Below are positions 9,590-19,287 of a stretch of DNA of 52,782 bases, piece after piece. The first letter of the stretch is position 1. Each line of letters starts with the position of its first letter. A program made the translations under genes and the position numbers. The stretch is from the sequence record DRR723986_2292. The stretch is one strand, 5' to 3'. Under the pieces are notes generated by a model that did no database searches, was not told the DNA's origin, and saw only the letters and a program-made list of their open reading frames with translations.

Positions 9590-11752
9590 TTATCCCCCTC
9601 TCTGCCAGCGGAAGAAACGCGCCAAGAGCCGCAGTATTCGCTCCGGCTGATGGGCCTTGCGCCACTCTCCGGCAAGGTATTTGTTACCCTCTGCCCAGGT
9701 GGGGTAAGGGTGAATCGTCGCCAGTATTTTCCCCAAGCCGAGCTTGTGTTTCATCGCCAGCACAAATTCCGCCAGCAAATCACCGCCCTGACTCCCGACA
9801 ATGCACACGCCCAGAATACGGTCACTGTTCACTGGGGTAAGGACTTTGATAAAGCCCTGCGCGTTGCCGTCGCAAATCGCCCGATCTAAATCGTCTAGCC
9901 CGTAGCGCGTGACCTCGTAGTCGATACCCTGCGCTTTGGCTTCCTGCTCATTCAAACCCACACGCGCCACTTCCGGGTCGACATAGGTCACCCAAGGTAT
10001 CACTGAATAATCTACGGCAAATTTCTTAAATTGCCCAAACAGAGCATTAACGCTGGCATACCACGCTTGATGCGCTGCGACATGGGTAAACTGATACGGC
10101 CCGGCAACGTCACCCGCGGCATAGATATTGGGCATCAAGGTCTGCAAGTACTCATTGGTATCCACCGTCCTGTCAGTGGTGATTCCCAATTCTTCCAAGC
10201 CAAACCCGGTCAATCTGGCACTGCGGCCAACCGCGCAGATCAACAGGTCGTAGGCGACTGCCGACTCGCCCTCCGCATCGCCGTGCTGGACAATCAAACA
10301 CTTTTCGCCATCGCGCATTTCACAACGCACGGCCCTGGTATTACACCGCACATCAACCCCGTCGCGGCGCAGTTGCTCGGTAACAAATTCGGCAACATCC
10401 TCGTCCTCTTTCAGCAGCAGCCGCGGTAGCATCTCGACCTGGCTTACGGCGCTGCCCAATCGAGCAAAACACTGGCTTAGCTCGCAGCCAATAGGCCCGC
10501 CACCAAGCACGACCACTCGCTGGGGTAGCCGCTCACAGCGCTCCAAGTGATCCCACAGCGTATCGCTAGTAACAAAACCGAGCTCGGCCATACCCGGCAG
10601 CGGCGGCACAGTCGGCGACGCTCCCGCCGCGATGACAATTGACCGCGTTGTTAACCGCCGGCTGCCTCCGTCACGATCACGAATTTCCACCGTCCAGGGA
10701 TCGACAATCGTGGCGTAGCCCTGAATCACATCAACCCCCAGCTCGGTGTAGCGCTCCACACTGTCGTGGGGGGCAATGGCTGCAATCACGTCTCGTACGC
10801 GGGCGATCAAACGCGGGAGATTTAACGCTGGTTTGTGTTCCTCAAAACCATATTCCTCAGCGCGGCGGGCAGTAGCCGCCACCTTGGCCGACTTTATAAG
10901 CGCCTTACTCGGCACACAGCCGGTGTTCAGACAGTCCCCGCCCATCTCGTTTGCTTCGATCAGGCTGACCTTCGCCTTGACCGCCGACGCGATATAGGAA
11001 GTCACCAGCCCGGCTGCACCGGCACCAATCACCACCAGATTTCGGTCAAAGGATGTTGGTCGCGACCATCCGCGGTACACACGCCGTGCCTTGACGAACG
11101 CGATAATACGCTTGGCAATAAGCGGAAAAACTCCCAGCAAGGTGAAGGACAGCAACAGCGCCGGAGATAAAATACCGGACAGGCTTTCCAGACTGCCCAA
11201 CTGAACACCCGCATTCACATAGACCGTGGTGCCGGGCAGCATCCCCAACTGGCTCACCCAGTAAAAGCGCCGCGCCGACATAGCCGTTAAGCCCATCAAT
11301 AGGTTGATTAGGAAAAACGGAAAAATCGGCACCAGACGCAAGGTAAATAGGTAGAAACCGCCCTCTTTACTCACCCCTTCATCAATACGCTGAAGGCGCT
11401 GAGGAAATCGCCGCTTCAGGCTGTCGCGAAGCAGGTAGCGCGCGACGAGAAACGCCAGCGTCGCGCCAATCGTCGAGGCGAAAGACACTAACAGCAGCCC
11501 CTGGAAAAGGCCGAAAAACGCCCCGCCTGCCAGCGTCATCACCGCCGCGCCAGGCAGAGATAATGCCGTCACCAGTACATAACAGATGAAAAAAAGTGCA
11601 AAGAAACCTGCCGGATGAGCCGTTTGAAACGCCGCTACCTGAGACCTTGCCTGCTTGAGGCCATCCAGGCTCAAATAATCCCCGAGCCCGCTGCTTAGCA
11701 ACAGCACACCGGCTCCAAGCAACAGCAGTATTAGCAGTATTTTCTTTTTCAT
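9590..11752 (-). CDS. Fusion of a VTT (TVP38/TMEM64, DedA-like) membrane domain and an FAD-dependent pyridine nucleotide-disulfide oxidoreductase
   Basis: N-terminal hydrophobic domain with LSLPGA..TLAGG and LRLVPIFPF. Then VIGAGAAG, the redox-active GGDCLNTGCVPSK, GGGPIGCE, YAAGDV and IHPYPTWAE. Confidence 0.9.
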   Translation of the reverse strand: MKKKILLILLLLGAGVLLLSSGLGDYLSLDGLKQARSQVAAFQTAHPAGFFALFFICYVLVTALSLPGAAVMTLAGGAFFGLFQGLLLVSFASTIGATLAFLVARYLLRDSLKRRFPQRLQRIDEGVSKEGGFYLFTLRLVPIFPFFLINLLMGLTAMSARRFYWVSQLGMLPGTTVYVNAGVQLGSLESLSGILSPALLLSFTLLGVFPLIAKRIIAFVKARRVYRGWSRPTSFDRNLVVIGAGAAGLVTSYIASAVKAKVSLIEANEMGGDCLNTGCVPSKALIKSAKVAATARRAEEYGFEEHKPALNLPRLIARVRDVIAAIAPHDSVERYTELGVDVIQGYATIVDPWTVEIRDRDGGSRRLTTRSIVIAAGASPTVPPLPGMAELGFVTSDTLWDHLERCERLPQRVVVLGGGPIGCELSQCFARLGSAVSQVEMLPRLLLKEDEDVAEFVTEQLRRDGVDVRCNTRAVRCEMRDGEKCLIVQHGDAEGESAVAYDLLICAVGRSARLTGFGLEELGITTDRTVDTNEYLQTLMPNIYAAGDVAGPYQFTHVAAHQAWYASVNALFGQFKKFAVDYSVIPWVTYVDPEVARVGLNEQEAKAQGIDYEVTRYGLDDLDRAICDGNAQGFIKVLTPVNSDRILGVCIVGSQGGDLLAEFVLAMKHKLGLGKILATIHPYPTWAEGNKYLAGEWRKAHQPERILRLLARFFRWQRGG

Positions 11753-11990
11753 GACTCACCTAGGGCCTGTTTACACTCATTGGCTTTCGTCAAGCATTCG
11801 CTCGACGCTCACCGTTATGACGCACCGAATGCGCTACCGTTACACTCATCGAACGAGCTATGCACGCATGGCACATAATCGAAAAAGTGCGTATTATCCC
11901 CCGCTGCCTTCAACGGAGTATGTGGTACCAGCTGGCGGCAAACGAGAGATGGAACCCTCAATTAATAATAATGTTGAATAGACGCTAGCC

Positions 11991-13133
11991 ATGATTCCAC
12001 ACATTCAAGACCTCTTGTTCAGGGTGATCGACCCCTGGATACCCCCCAGAGTGCCAGTCGGCAGCACCGAGCGATCGCTGTACCGTTTCCTGGCCAGTAT
12101 TCTGGTTGGCACTTTCGCCTATCTCATTGTCTTGTTAACGGTAAATCAGACACTGCTGCCGCTAACACAAGACGGTAAACGCCTCATCAATTATTTTTCT
12201 CTGGGTCTTACGTTTGGTATCACCATAGCACTGCTGACGCTACGTATTGCCGCAAAACGCCACCTGGCATTGCATATATTTATCACCACCCTCACTGGCG
12301 GCCTGGTCTATGTTGCGAGCATTACCGGTGGCTTGGGCTCACCCGCGGTGATCTGCTCGGTGATTATTCCCGCCCTCGCGACCCTTAGCATCGGTGCGAA
12401 GGCGGGCATTGGCTGGAGCCTTTGTGTTGGTTTAATTGGCTCGGGAATGTTCATTGCTGAACAACAGGGGCACAACTATCGCAACATCATCATCGACGCC
12501 AACCAAAGCCTGGCCGAATTTTCCTGCCTGGTGACCACCCATGCTTTTATCATTTTCATCGCCGTTTACTACGAGCTGAACAGCAGAAAACTGAGCAAGC
12601 AACTCCGTTTCGAGCAAAGCAAGTACTTCCACCTTGCCCACCATGACAGCCTGACCGGAATCGCCAACCGCCGCCACTTTATCGACGCCATCAATCGGGA
12701 AATTTCCCGAGCCAAGCGCAAGGGCGATCAATTCAGTGTTCTTTACTTCGACTTGAATAAATTCAAAGAAGCCAACGACAAACACGGCCACCACTTCGGC
12801 GATGAGATTTTGATCGCCTTTGCCAACCGGCTTCGTCAGGAAATCCGCGAAGACGACTTTGTTGCTCGACTGGGTGGTGATGAGTTTGCCTTGCTGCTGC
12901 GCTCGCTAGGGCGCGCAGAAATTGTGGAGCAGCGTTTAGATGCCCTGATCCACAACCTGTCCACGCCGCTGCAACTCGGCGGCGTCGACTATCAGGTAAG
13001 TGCCAGCGTCGGCTACGCCATTTACCCTCAACACGGCAGCAATGACGAGGAACTGCTGAAGGTCGCAGACCAAAACATGTACCGGGTGAAGCGCGGCGAG
13101 CGCGACAATGTTGCCGCGCCCCAATCGGTGTAG
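11991..13133 (+). CDS. Membrane-bound diguanylate cyclase (GGDEF)
   Basis: About 6 N-terminal TM helices; AHHDSLTGIANRR and DLNKFKEANDKHGH motifs; intact RLGGDEF with an RxxD I-site (REDD) 5 residues upstream. Confidence 0.92.
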   Translation: MIPHIQDLLFRVIDPWIPPRVPVGSTERSLYRFLASILVGTFAYLIVLLTVNQTLLPLTQDGKRLINYFSLGLTFGITIALLTLRIAAKRHLALHIFITTLTGGLVYVASITGGLGSPAVICSVIIPALATLSIGAKAGIGWSLCVGLIGSGMFIAEQQGHNYRNIIIDANQSLAEFSCLVTTHAFIIFIAVYYELNSRKLSKQLRFEQSKYFHLAHHDSLTGIANRRHFIDAINREISRAKRKGDQFSVLYFDLNKFKEANDKHGHHFGDEILIAFANRLRQEIREDDFVARLGGDEFALLLRSLGRAEIVEQRLDALIHNLSTPLQLGGVDYQVSASVGYAIYPQHGSNDEELLKVADQNMYRVKRGERDNVAAPQSV

Positions 13134-13160
13134 CGCATCGCGTCGCTGGCGCAAGGACTG

Positions 13161-13631
13161 TTAGCGGTTTAAGGCCCGCAACATCCACGCGGTTTTCTCG
13201 TGAATGCGCATGCGGTCTCCAACTAAGGCAACGGTCGATTCGTCGTCGGCTTCAGCGGCCGTGCTGAGCACCTCTCGGCAGGTTTTTACCACTTGTTCAT
13301 GGCCGCGAGTCAGAATATCGACCATGTCCTCGGCGCTGGGCACGCCATCCACTTCTTGCACTTTGCTCAATGACGCAAAGGCTTTGTAGGTGCCTGGCGC
13401 GGCAACATCCAGGGTGCGAATGCGCTCTGCAATATCGTCCACGGCGGTGGCGAGCTCGGTGTAATGCTCTTCAAACATCAAATGCAGGTCGCGAAAACGC
13501 GGCCCGGTAACGTTCCAATGAAAGTTGTGCGTTTGCAGGTAGAGGGTGTAGGAATCAGCCAACAGGCGGCTCAGGCCGTCGGCAATCTGCTGTCGATTTG
13601 CTTCGTTAATACCGATATCTATCTTTTGCAT
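13161..13631 (-). CDS. dps: Dps family DNA starvation/stationary-phase protection protein
   Basis: [30 protein letters not shown] and HEKTAWML motifs; AGGAG RBS. Confidence 0.95.
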   Translation of the reverse strand: MQKIDIGINEANRQQIADGLSRLLADSYTLYLQTHNFHWNVTGPRFRDLHLMFEEHYTELATAVDDIAERIRTLDVAAPGTYKAFASLSKVQEVDGVPSAEDMVDILTRGHEQVVKTCREVLSTAAEADDESTVALVGDRMRIHEKTAWMLRALNR

Positions 13632-13765
13632 AATGACTCCTATTGTCGTTTTTGACTCCGTATCACGCCGCCTGCAAGGCGACGTCTTTTTCCTACGCGA
13701 GATCGACCTCAGCCGATTGTTTCGCTGTCAGTATCGACAGTTCTCAGCTTACGCATTCACACCTG

Positions 13766-13811
13766 ATAGGAATATTCGTTTATATCAATGGAGGTCATTG
13801 CCAAAAACAAT
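13766..13811. promoter_or_regulatory. Putative OxyR-type (LysR) site upstream of dps
   Basis: TTCG-N7-CAAT-N7-ATTG-N7-CAAT (13775-13811) plus ATAG at 13766 resembles the ATAG-N7-CTAT-N7-ATAG-N7-CTAT consensus. Confidence 0.45.
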
Positions 13812-13876
13812 CGCGACTACCGCAAACGCACCCGCCGCATTATGATGACAACACTCTCTTTTTATCGAGCTTATTT

Positions 13877-14191
13877 ATGCAGCGCCCGAACCTTGGACTC
13901 TCCGGACTTTTTTTATCGCTCACACTGCTGGGCGCGTGTTCCACCCCACCCGTACAAAGCGACGCATCACGCGAAGGTTTCATCCACTGCGAGTCACCGC
14001 GATCGGAAATATGTACTCGCGAGTATCGACCGGTGTGCGGCCACCTCGACAGCCAAATTCAGTGCGTTACTCAGCCCTGTGCGGCGCCCACCCACAAAAC
14101 CTATGGCAATGCCTGCAGCGCCTGCGCCGACGAGGCTGTCGTGGGCTATGAGTTTGGCAGTTGTGAGTCGTTTGGAAAGGGACGCCTGTAA
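13877..14191 (+). CDS. Lipoprotein with a Kazal-type protease-inhibitor-like domain
   Basis: Lipobox LLGAC; C-x7-CTREYRPVCG...KTYGNACSAC...GSC. Start reassigned to ATG 13877. Confidence 0.75.
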   Translation: MQRPNLGLSGLFLSLTLLGACSTPPVQSDASREGFIHCESPRSEICTREYRPVCGHLDSQIQCVTQPCAAPTHKTYGNACSACADEAVVGYEFGSCESFGKGRL

Positions 14192-14301
14192 GGACGCCAG
14201 CGAAGACATGTCAAAGCACTGTTAGCCCGCGGCCAAGAACATCACCGCCCCCCTAAACAAGAGCTAGGACGAGACCATAAACAAGGCGGCACCGCAGGAG
14301 C

Positions 14302-14330
14302 AAAAAAAAAACGGGGCCGAAGCCCCGTTT
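14302..14330 (-). terminator. Intrinsic terminator of the thiolase gene (possibly bidirectional)
   Basis: AAACGGGGC-TTCG-GCCCCGTTT followed by a long T tract on the minus strand. Confidence 0.85.
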
Positions 14331-14352
14331 AGTGTAACGCGATGGCTATGCC

Positions 14353-15651
14353 TTAGCGCTCGACAATCGCCGTTACACCCTGGCCACCGGCGGCACAGAT
14401 CGAAATAAGGCCTCGACCGCTGCCTTTCTCTTCCAGCATTTTCGCCAACGTCGCGACAATACGACCACCCGTCGCCGCGAAGGGGTGGCCAGCAGCCAAA
14501 GAGCTACCATTCACATTGAGCTTGCTGCGATCAATGCTGCCCAACGCCCGATCCAGACCCAAGCGCTGTTTGCAGAATTCTTCGTCTTCCCAGGCCTTCA
14601 GTGTAGCCAGTACCTGGGCGGCAAAAGCCTCGTGAATTTCATAAAAATCGAAGTCTTGCAGCGTTAAACCAGCGCGAGCGAGCATGCGCGGAACAGCATA
14701 AGCTGGTGCCAGCAACAGGCCTTCTTTTTCGCTACCCACATCTTTGCCAAAGAAGTCGACCGCTGCCGTTTCCACAAAGCTCAGGTAGGCCTTGATCGGC
14801 AGCCCCTGCTCTTTGGCCCACTCTTCACTTGCCAACAATACCGCCGATGCGCCATCGGTGAGTGTTGAAGAGTTGCCTGCGGTCAACGTACCCTGGCCGC
14901 TCTCTTTGTCAAAGGCAGGCTTCAGGGTCGACAGTTTCTCGATGGTAGTATCTGCGCGCAAAATATTGTCGCGACCCACCCCATTGAAAGGTGTGATTAA
15001 GTCCTCAAACAAGCCGCGCTCATAGGCAGCAGCAAGATTTTTATGGCTGTTGTATGCCAATTCGTCCTGCTCCTGGCGAGGGATGCCCCACTCTTTCGCA
15101 GTCACTTCGGTGTGCTCACCCATCGACATGCCAGTACGCGGCTCTGAGTTGACAGGGATCTGTACACCCAGATCTTTGCCTCGCAGCTGCAGGAAGGGCT
15201 TAACGCGCTCACCCAGGCTGCGCGCCTTGTTCACTTGCAACAGAATTTTGCGCAGACCCTCGCTCACGCCAATAGGAGCATCAGAAGTGGTATCCACACC
15301 ACCGGCGATCGCAGCATCGATCTGCCCGAGGGCAATCTTGTTGGCCACCAAATTCAGCGCTTGTAAGCCAGTACCACAGGCCTGCTGTACATCGAAGCAA
15401 GGCGTTGCGGGGTCGAGAGAAGTACTCAGTACCGATTCGCGAGTAAGGTTGAAGTCACGGCTGTGCTTCATTACCGCACCAGCGGCAACTTCGCCAAGGC
15501 GCTGGCCTTGGAGCTGGTAGCGCTGAACCAAGCCCTCAATCGCTGCGGTTAGCATGTCTTGGTTGCTAGCACCGAAATAAGCGGTATTAGAGCGGCAAAA
15601 AGGGATGCGGTTGCCGCCGATAATAGCGACGCGCTTGATGGTTTGAGCCAT
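14353..15651 (-). CDS. Acetyl-CoA C-acyltransferase (thiolase, FadA2/FadI-like)
   Basis: QQACGTG (catalytic Cys), IHEAFAAQ, GHPFAATG and ICAAGGQG motifs. Confidence 0.93.
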   Translation of the reverse strand: MAQTIKRVAIIGGNRIPFCRSNTAYFGASNQDMLTAAIEGLVQRYQLQGQRLGEVAAGAVMKHSRDFNLTRESVLSTSLDPATPCFDVQQACGTGLQALNLVANKIALGQIDAAIAGGVDTTSDAPIGVSEGLRKILLQVNKARSLGERVKPFLQLRGKDLGVQIPVNSEPRTGMSMGEHTEVTAKEWGIPRQEQDELAYNSHKNLAAAYERGLFEDLITPFNGVGRDNILRADTTIEKLSTLKPAFDKESGQGTLTAGNSSTLTDGASAVLLASEEWAKEQGLPIKAYLSFVETAAVDFFGKDVGSEKEGLLLAPAYAVPRMLARAGLTLQDFDFYEIHEAFAAQVLATLKAWEDEEFCKQRLGLDRALGSIDRSKLNVNGSSLAAGHPFAATGGRIVATLAKMLEEKGSGRGLISICAAGGQGVTAIVER

Positions 15652-15821
15652 GACAGGTCCTCAGGTGTTTTGTCAGGTGGCGCAGTGTAACAAGCCGCAG
15701 CAAGGCCACATTGGCTGAGGCGACACGGCAGCAGCGGCGGCGATGTCAATTCACCACCGGCGGTCTGCGCGTAGAATTGCCGCCCATAACACAGGGCACA
15801 CCCTCATTCAGGAGTCATTTT

Positions 15822-17207
15822 ATGTCTGATCGTATCGAGAACTTTATTAATTCCAACGCAGGTAAAAAGGTACTTGGCGCACTGGGCGTCAACGCTCCTC
15901 GTGAACTCGCCCGCTACACCCCCTCCCAGCGCAGCTTTTTTAAAGGGCGCCTACTGCTCGGCGCTGGCGACAACGCTGCCTTACTGGCACAGGTATCAAA
16001 AATTCTCGCCGAGAGCGACGCAGAGGTATTTGGCGACGACAATGCCCGTCTGCAATGTACTGCCCTGACACAAGACAATGGTAGCGATGCCCCCTTTGCC
16101 GCACTGGTATTCGATGCGACCGGCATGCGCGACTCACTGGAGCTGGTTGCCGCCTACCGCTTCTTCAATGCCAACATTCGCAAGCTGGCTCCCGGCGGCC
16201 GCATCGTTATTCTGGGCCGTCCGCACATGGGCGCCGATAACGCCGAACAGGCAGCCACCCAGCGTGCACTGGAAGGCTTGAGCCGCTCACTGGCAAAAGA
16301 AGTGGGCGCGCGCGGCAGCACTGCACAACTGATTACCGTTGCCAACGGCGCCGAGGGAGACTTCGGCAGCAGCCTGCGCTTTGTCTTGTCGCCGAAATCG
16401 GCCTATGTCACTGGCCAGGTCATTGCCGTTAACGCCGTCGAGCAATCGGGTAATGTCGATTGGCACAAACCTCTGGCGGGCAAAACCGCTCTGGTGACCG
16501 GCGCTTCTCGCGGCATTGGTGAAGCGATTGCCGACACGCTGGCGCGCGATGGCGCCACCGTTATCGGTGTCGATGTTGCGCCAATGGAAGACGACCTTGT
16601 GAAAGTGATGACCCGCCTGGGTGGTCAGCCCCTGATCGCAGACATCACCGCTGAAGACGCTCCCGCCAAGATTGCCAGCGCCGCTAAACAGGCAGGTGGT
16701 ATCGATCTTATCGTCCACAACGCCGGTGTTACTCGCGACAAAACCATTGCCAATATGACCGAGCAGCAATGGCAAATGACGCTGGATATCAACTTGGCCG
16801 CAGCACAGCGCATTACGCGTGAACTACTGGACCAGGGCCTTATCCGCAATGGCGGCAGCATCGTTGGCGTGTCGTCAATGAACGGTATTGGCGGTCAGCG
16901 CGGGCAAACCAACTACGCCGCATCCAAAGCGGGTGTCATTGGTTATGTTGACTTCATGAAGAATGACGAGCAGCTACGCGCTCACAATATTACGGTCAAC
17001 GCCGTTGCCCCCGGCTTCATTGAAACCGCAATGACCGCGGCGATTCCGCTATTCACCCGGATGTTCGGCCGACGCCTGAACTCGCTGTCCCAGGGCGGGC
17101 TGCCAGTAGACGTTGCCGAGGCGATCGCCTTCTTCGCCAACCCTCTCTCTCGCGGAGTGAGTGGCAATACACTGCGTGTATGCGGCCAGTCCTGGTTCGG
17201 CGCCTAA
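15822..17207 (+). CDS. High-molecular-weight 3-oxoacyl-(ACP/CoA) reductase, FabG4-like SDR
   Basis: N-terminal extra domain, then TGASRGIG, HNAGVTRD, YAASK and NAVAPGFIET. Start at ATG 15822 after an AGGAG RBS. Confidence 0.88.
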   Translation: MSDRIENFINSNAGKKVLGALGVNAPRELARYTPSQRSFFKGRLLLGAGDNAALLAQVSKILAESDAEVFGDDNARLQCTALTQDNGSDAPFAALVFDATGMRDSLELVAAYRFFNANIRKLAPGGRIVILGRPHMGADNAEQAATQRALEGLSRSLAKEVGARGSTAQLITVANGAEGDFGSSLRFVLSPKSAYVTGQVIAVNAVEQSGNVDWHKPLAGKTALVTGASRGIGEAIADTLARDGATVIGVDVAPMEDDLVKVMTRLGGQPLIADITAEDAPAKIASAAKQAGGIDLIVHNAGVTRDKTIANMTEQQWQMTLDINLAAAQRITRELLDQGLIRNGGSIVGVSSMNGIGGQRGQTNYAASKAGVIGYVDFMKNDEQLRAHNITVNAVAPGFIETAMTAAIPLFTRMFGRRLNSLSQGGLPVDVAEAIAFFANPLSRGVSGNTLRVCGQSWFGA

Positions 17208-17240
17208 GACGGCTTCAGTGGGCGGGGCATTGCGCGCCGC

Positions 17241-18272
17241 CTACTGTTGTTTCTGTTGGCGATACTCTATCGGCGTTAGGCCGGTCCAGCGTTTAAATGC
17301 CCGATAAAAGGTACTGGGCTCGGAAAACCCCGTCAGATACACCACATCGGCAATGCTTTCATCGGTGCGCGACAACAAGCGCTTAGCGAGTATGCAGCGA
17401 TAATCTGCCAACACCTGGTTAAAACTGGTGCCCGCCTCCGTCAAACGCGAGCGCAGCACTCGCTCATTCATCCCCAGGCGTTCTGCCACACTTTCCAAGC
17501 TGGGCTGACCCAGCTCAAGCATTTCCGCAATCACTTGCTTAACATCGCCCACAACGTCCTGACGTGAGAGCCGTTCAAGCTGTTTGCTGGCGACTTTTTC
17601 ATGGAGTTTCAGCAAATCCGGCTCGGCATGGCTAGATGGTGTTGCCAGAATATCAGCGGCAAATACCAAGCTCTGCTCTTTGGCATCGAAATGTACCGGG
17701 CAATTGAAGTGCTTTTCATACTCGGCAACATCCCCCTGCAGCGGGTGGCCAAGGTTTATCTCTCGGGTTTGAAACGCGCCGTCGGTCAGCGCTTCAAAGT
17801 AGCGCTGCATAAAACGCACAAAGCACTCATCGCGGTGGCGCAGCTCTGCCTCACTGTCGCCAATAAAATCCAGTACCACGCGCGCTTCATCGCCTTCCAC
17901 GTGCAGCTTAAACTGCATGGCATCGGTCACTAAGCGCTGATAATTTTCCGCCCGGCGCAAACCATCGCCAAAGCTGGGGCTACTCAGAAATAGGTATTCC
18001 AGTACCTGACCACGGTATACCGGTACATGGTTGGCCAGATGCAAGCCAATGCTTTTGTCGCCGCTGACTTCTTCTAACACGCGCCAAAATTGCACCTGCG
18101 CGGCGTGGGGGAAACGCGCGCTGCGATCTTTCAACAACTTGGGAGAAATTTTGCACTCGCTGACGATCCGCTCAACATCCAACCCCAGCTCTTGAATGGC
18201 CGGGTAAGCCAGCTGGATCAGGAAGCTGGAATCACTCAGTTCTGAAAAACCTTTTTCCGTGGAATCGCTCAT
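17241..18272 (-). CDS. AraC family transcriptional regulator (OruR-like N-terminal domain)
   Basis: C-terminal HTH: SLESVAERLGMNERVLRSRL...LTGFSEPSTFYRAFKRWTG.TP.EYR. Confidence 0.92.
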   Translation of the reverse strand: MSDSTEKGFSELSDSSFLIQLAYPAIQELGLDVERIVSECKISPKLLKDRSARFPHAAQVQFWRVLEEVSGDKSIGLHLANHVPVYRGQVLEYLFLSSPSFGDGLRRAENYQRLVTDAMQFKLHVEGDEARVVLDFIGDSEAELRHRDECFVRFMQRYFEALTDGAFQTREINLGHPLQGDVAEYEKHFNCPVHFDAKEQSLVFAADILATPSSHAEPDLLKLHEKVASKQLERLSRQDVVGDVKQVIAEMLELGQPSLESVAERLGMNERVLRSRLTEAGTSFNQVLADYRCILAKRLLSRTDESIADVVYLTGFSEPSTFYRAFKRWTGLTPIEYRQQKQQ

Positions 18273-18420
18273 TACACTCGCTATCTATGGCTGTTCTAGA
18301 CGCTGACTTCATGGCTGGGATTGGCCGGAGCGCAGAATCAATTCTGCCTCATCAGCAAATAATTTACTGCTCAGCATTGATTATACTGTGAAGCTGCACC
18401 GAATAAGGAGTAAGAGTAGC

Positions 18421-19287
18421 ATGAGCGTCGCTCAGGAACTAAAAATCAAACGTCTACCGGCCCTCGCCCCCCTCCTCGCCAGAGCGGCATTACCCAAGCG
18501 CCAAAGCAAAGCGCTTAACTTCCCTGAGCGCAGCATTGAGCTGGCGCCAGTGCGTTACAGCCAACGACAGCTCAAACGCTATGCCAAATCCTGCGGCTTT
18601 AGCCTGAACGGCAACACCCTGCCCGCGAGTTTCTTGCATATTATGGCCTTCCGGCTGCAAATGCAGCTAATGATACAGCGCGACTTTCCCGTTGCGGCAA
18701 TGGGCTGTGTGCACCTGAACAATGAAATCATTCAGCACCGCGCTATTAACAGCAGCGAAACACTGCGTATGGTGTGCCGCCTGAGTGACCATGAACTCAC
18801 CGCCAGAGGGGTTGAGTTTACATTTGAATGTCTCGTGTACGCTGGCGATGAGTGTGTCTGGGAAGACCGCAGCCAGTACCTGTCGCGACGCAAGACCGGG
18901 ATCGCCAAACCCGCCAAGAGCAAGCCGCGCGAAGCCCGGCGCTATGCGAACCAAGAGGCCATGCACATCCCTAACAGCACGGCTCGTCATTACGCCCTTG
19001 CCTCGGGCGACTTCAACCCCATTCACTTACACGATCTCAGTGCCAAGGTGCTGGGCTTTAAGAAAATGGTGGTACACGGCATGTGGAGTAAGGCCGCGTG
19101 CATGGCGAAGCTCATCGATGGCGGCGACGCCCTGCGCTGTCGCGTGGAATTTAAGACCCCCGTGTTTCTACCATCGAAGGCCGAACTTCACTACGAAAAA
19201 GGCCCCGACAACACAGTATTTGAACTGCGTGACGCCGCTAGCGGCAAGCCACACCTGATCGGGGAATTGTCACCGATCAGCGCTTAG
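18421..19287 (+). CDS. MaoC-like double hot-dog (R)-specific enoyl-CoA hydratase / acyl dehydratase
   Basis: YALASGDFNPIHL...HGMW hydratase-2 motif. Start taken at ATG 18421. Confidence 0.85.
   Translation: MSVAQELKIKRLPALAPLLARAALPKRQSKALNFPERSIELAPVRYSQRQLKRYAKSCGFSLNGNTLPASFLHIMAFRLQMQLMIQRDFPVAAMGCVHLNNEIIQHRAINSSETLRMVCRLSDHELTARGVEFTFECLVYAGDECVWEDRSQYLSRRKTGIAKPAKSKPREARRYANQEAMHIPNSTARHYALASGDFNPIHLHDLSAKVLGFKKMVVHGMWSKAACMAKLIDGGDALRCRVEFKTPVFLPSKAELHYEKGPDNTVFELRDAASGKPHLIGELSPISA

Noticed and set aside
9590-11752. Mercuric reductase (merA) call
   Set aside because: It has the CxxxxC redox centre but no C-terminal Cys-Cys pair and no N-terminal HMA domain, and there are no mer genes nearby.
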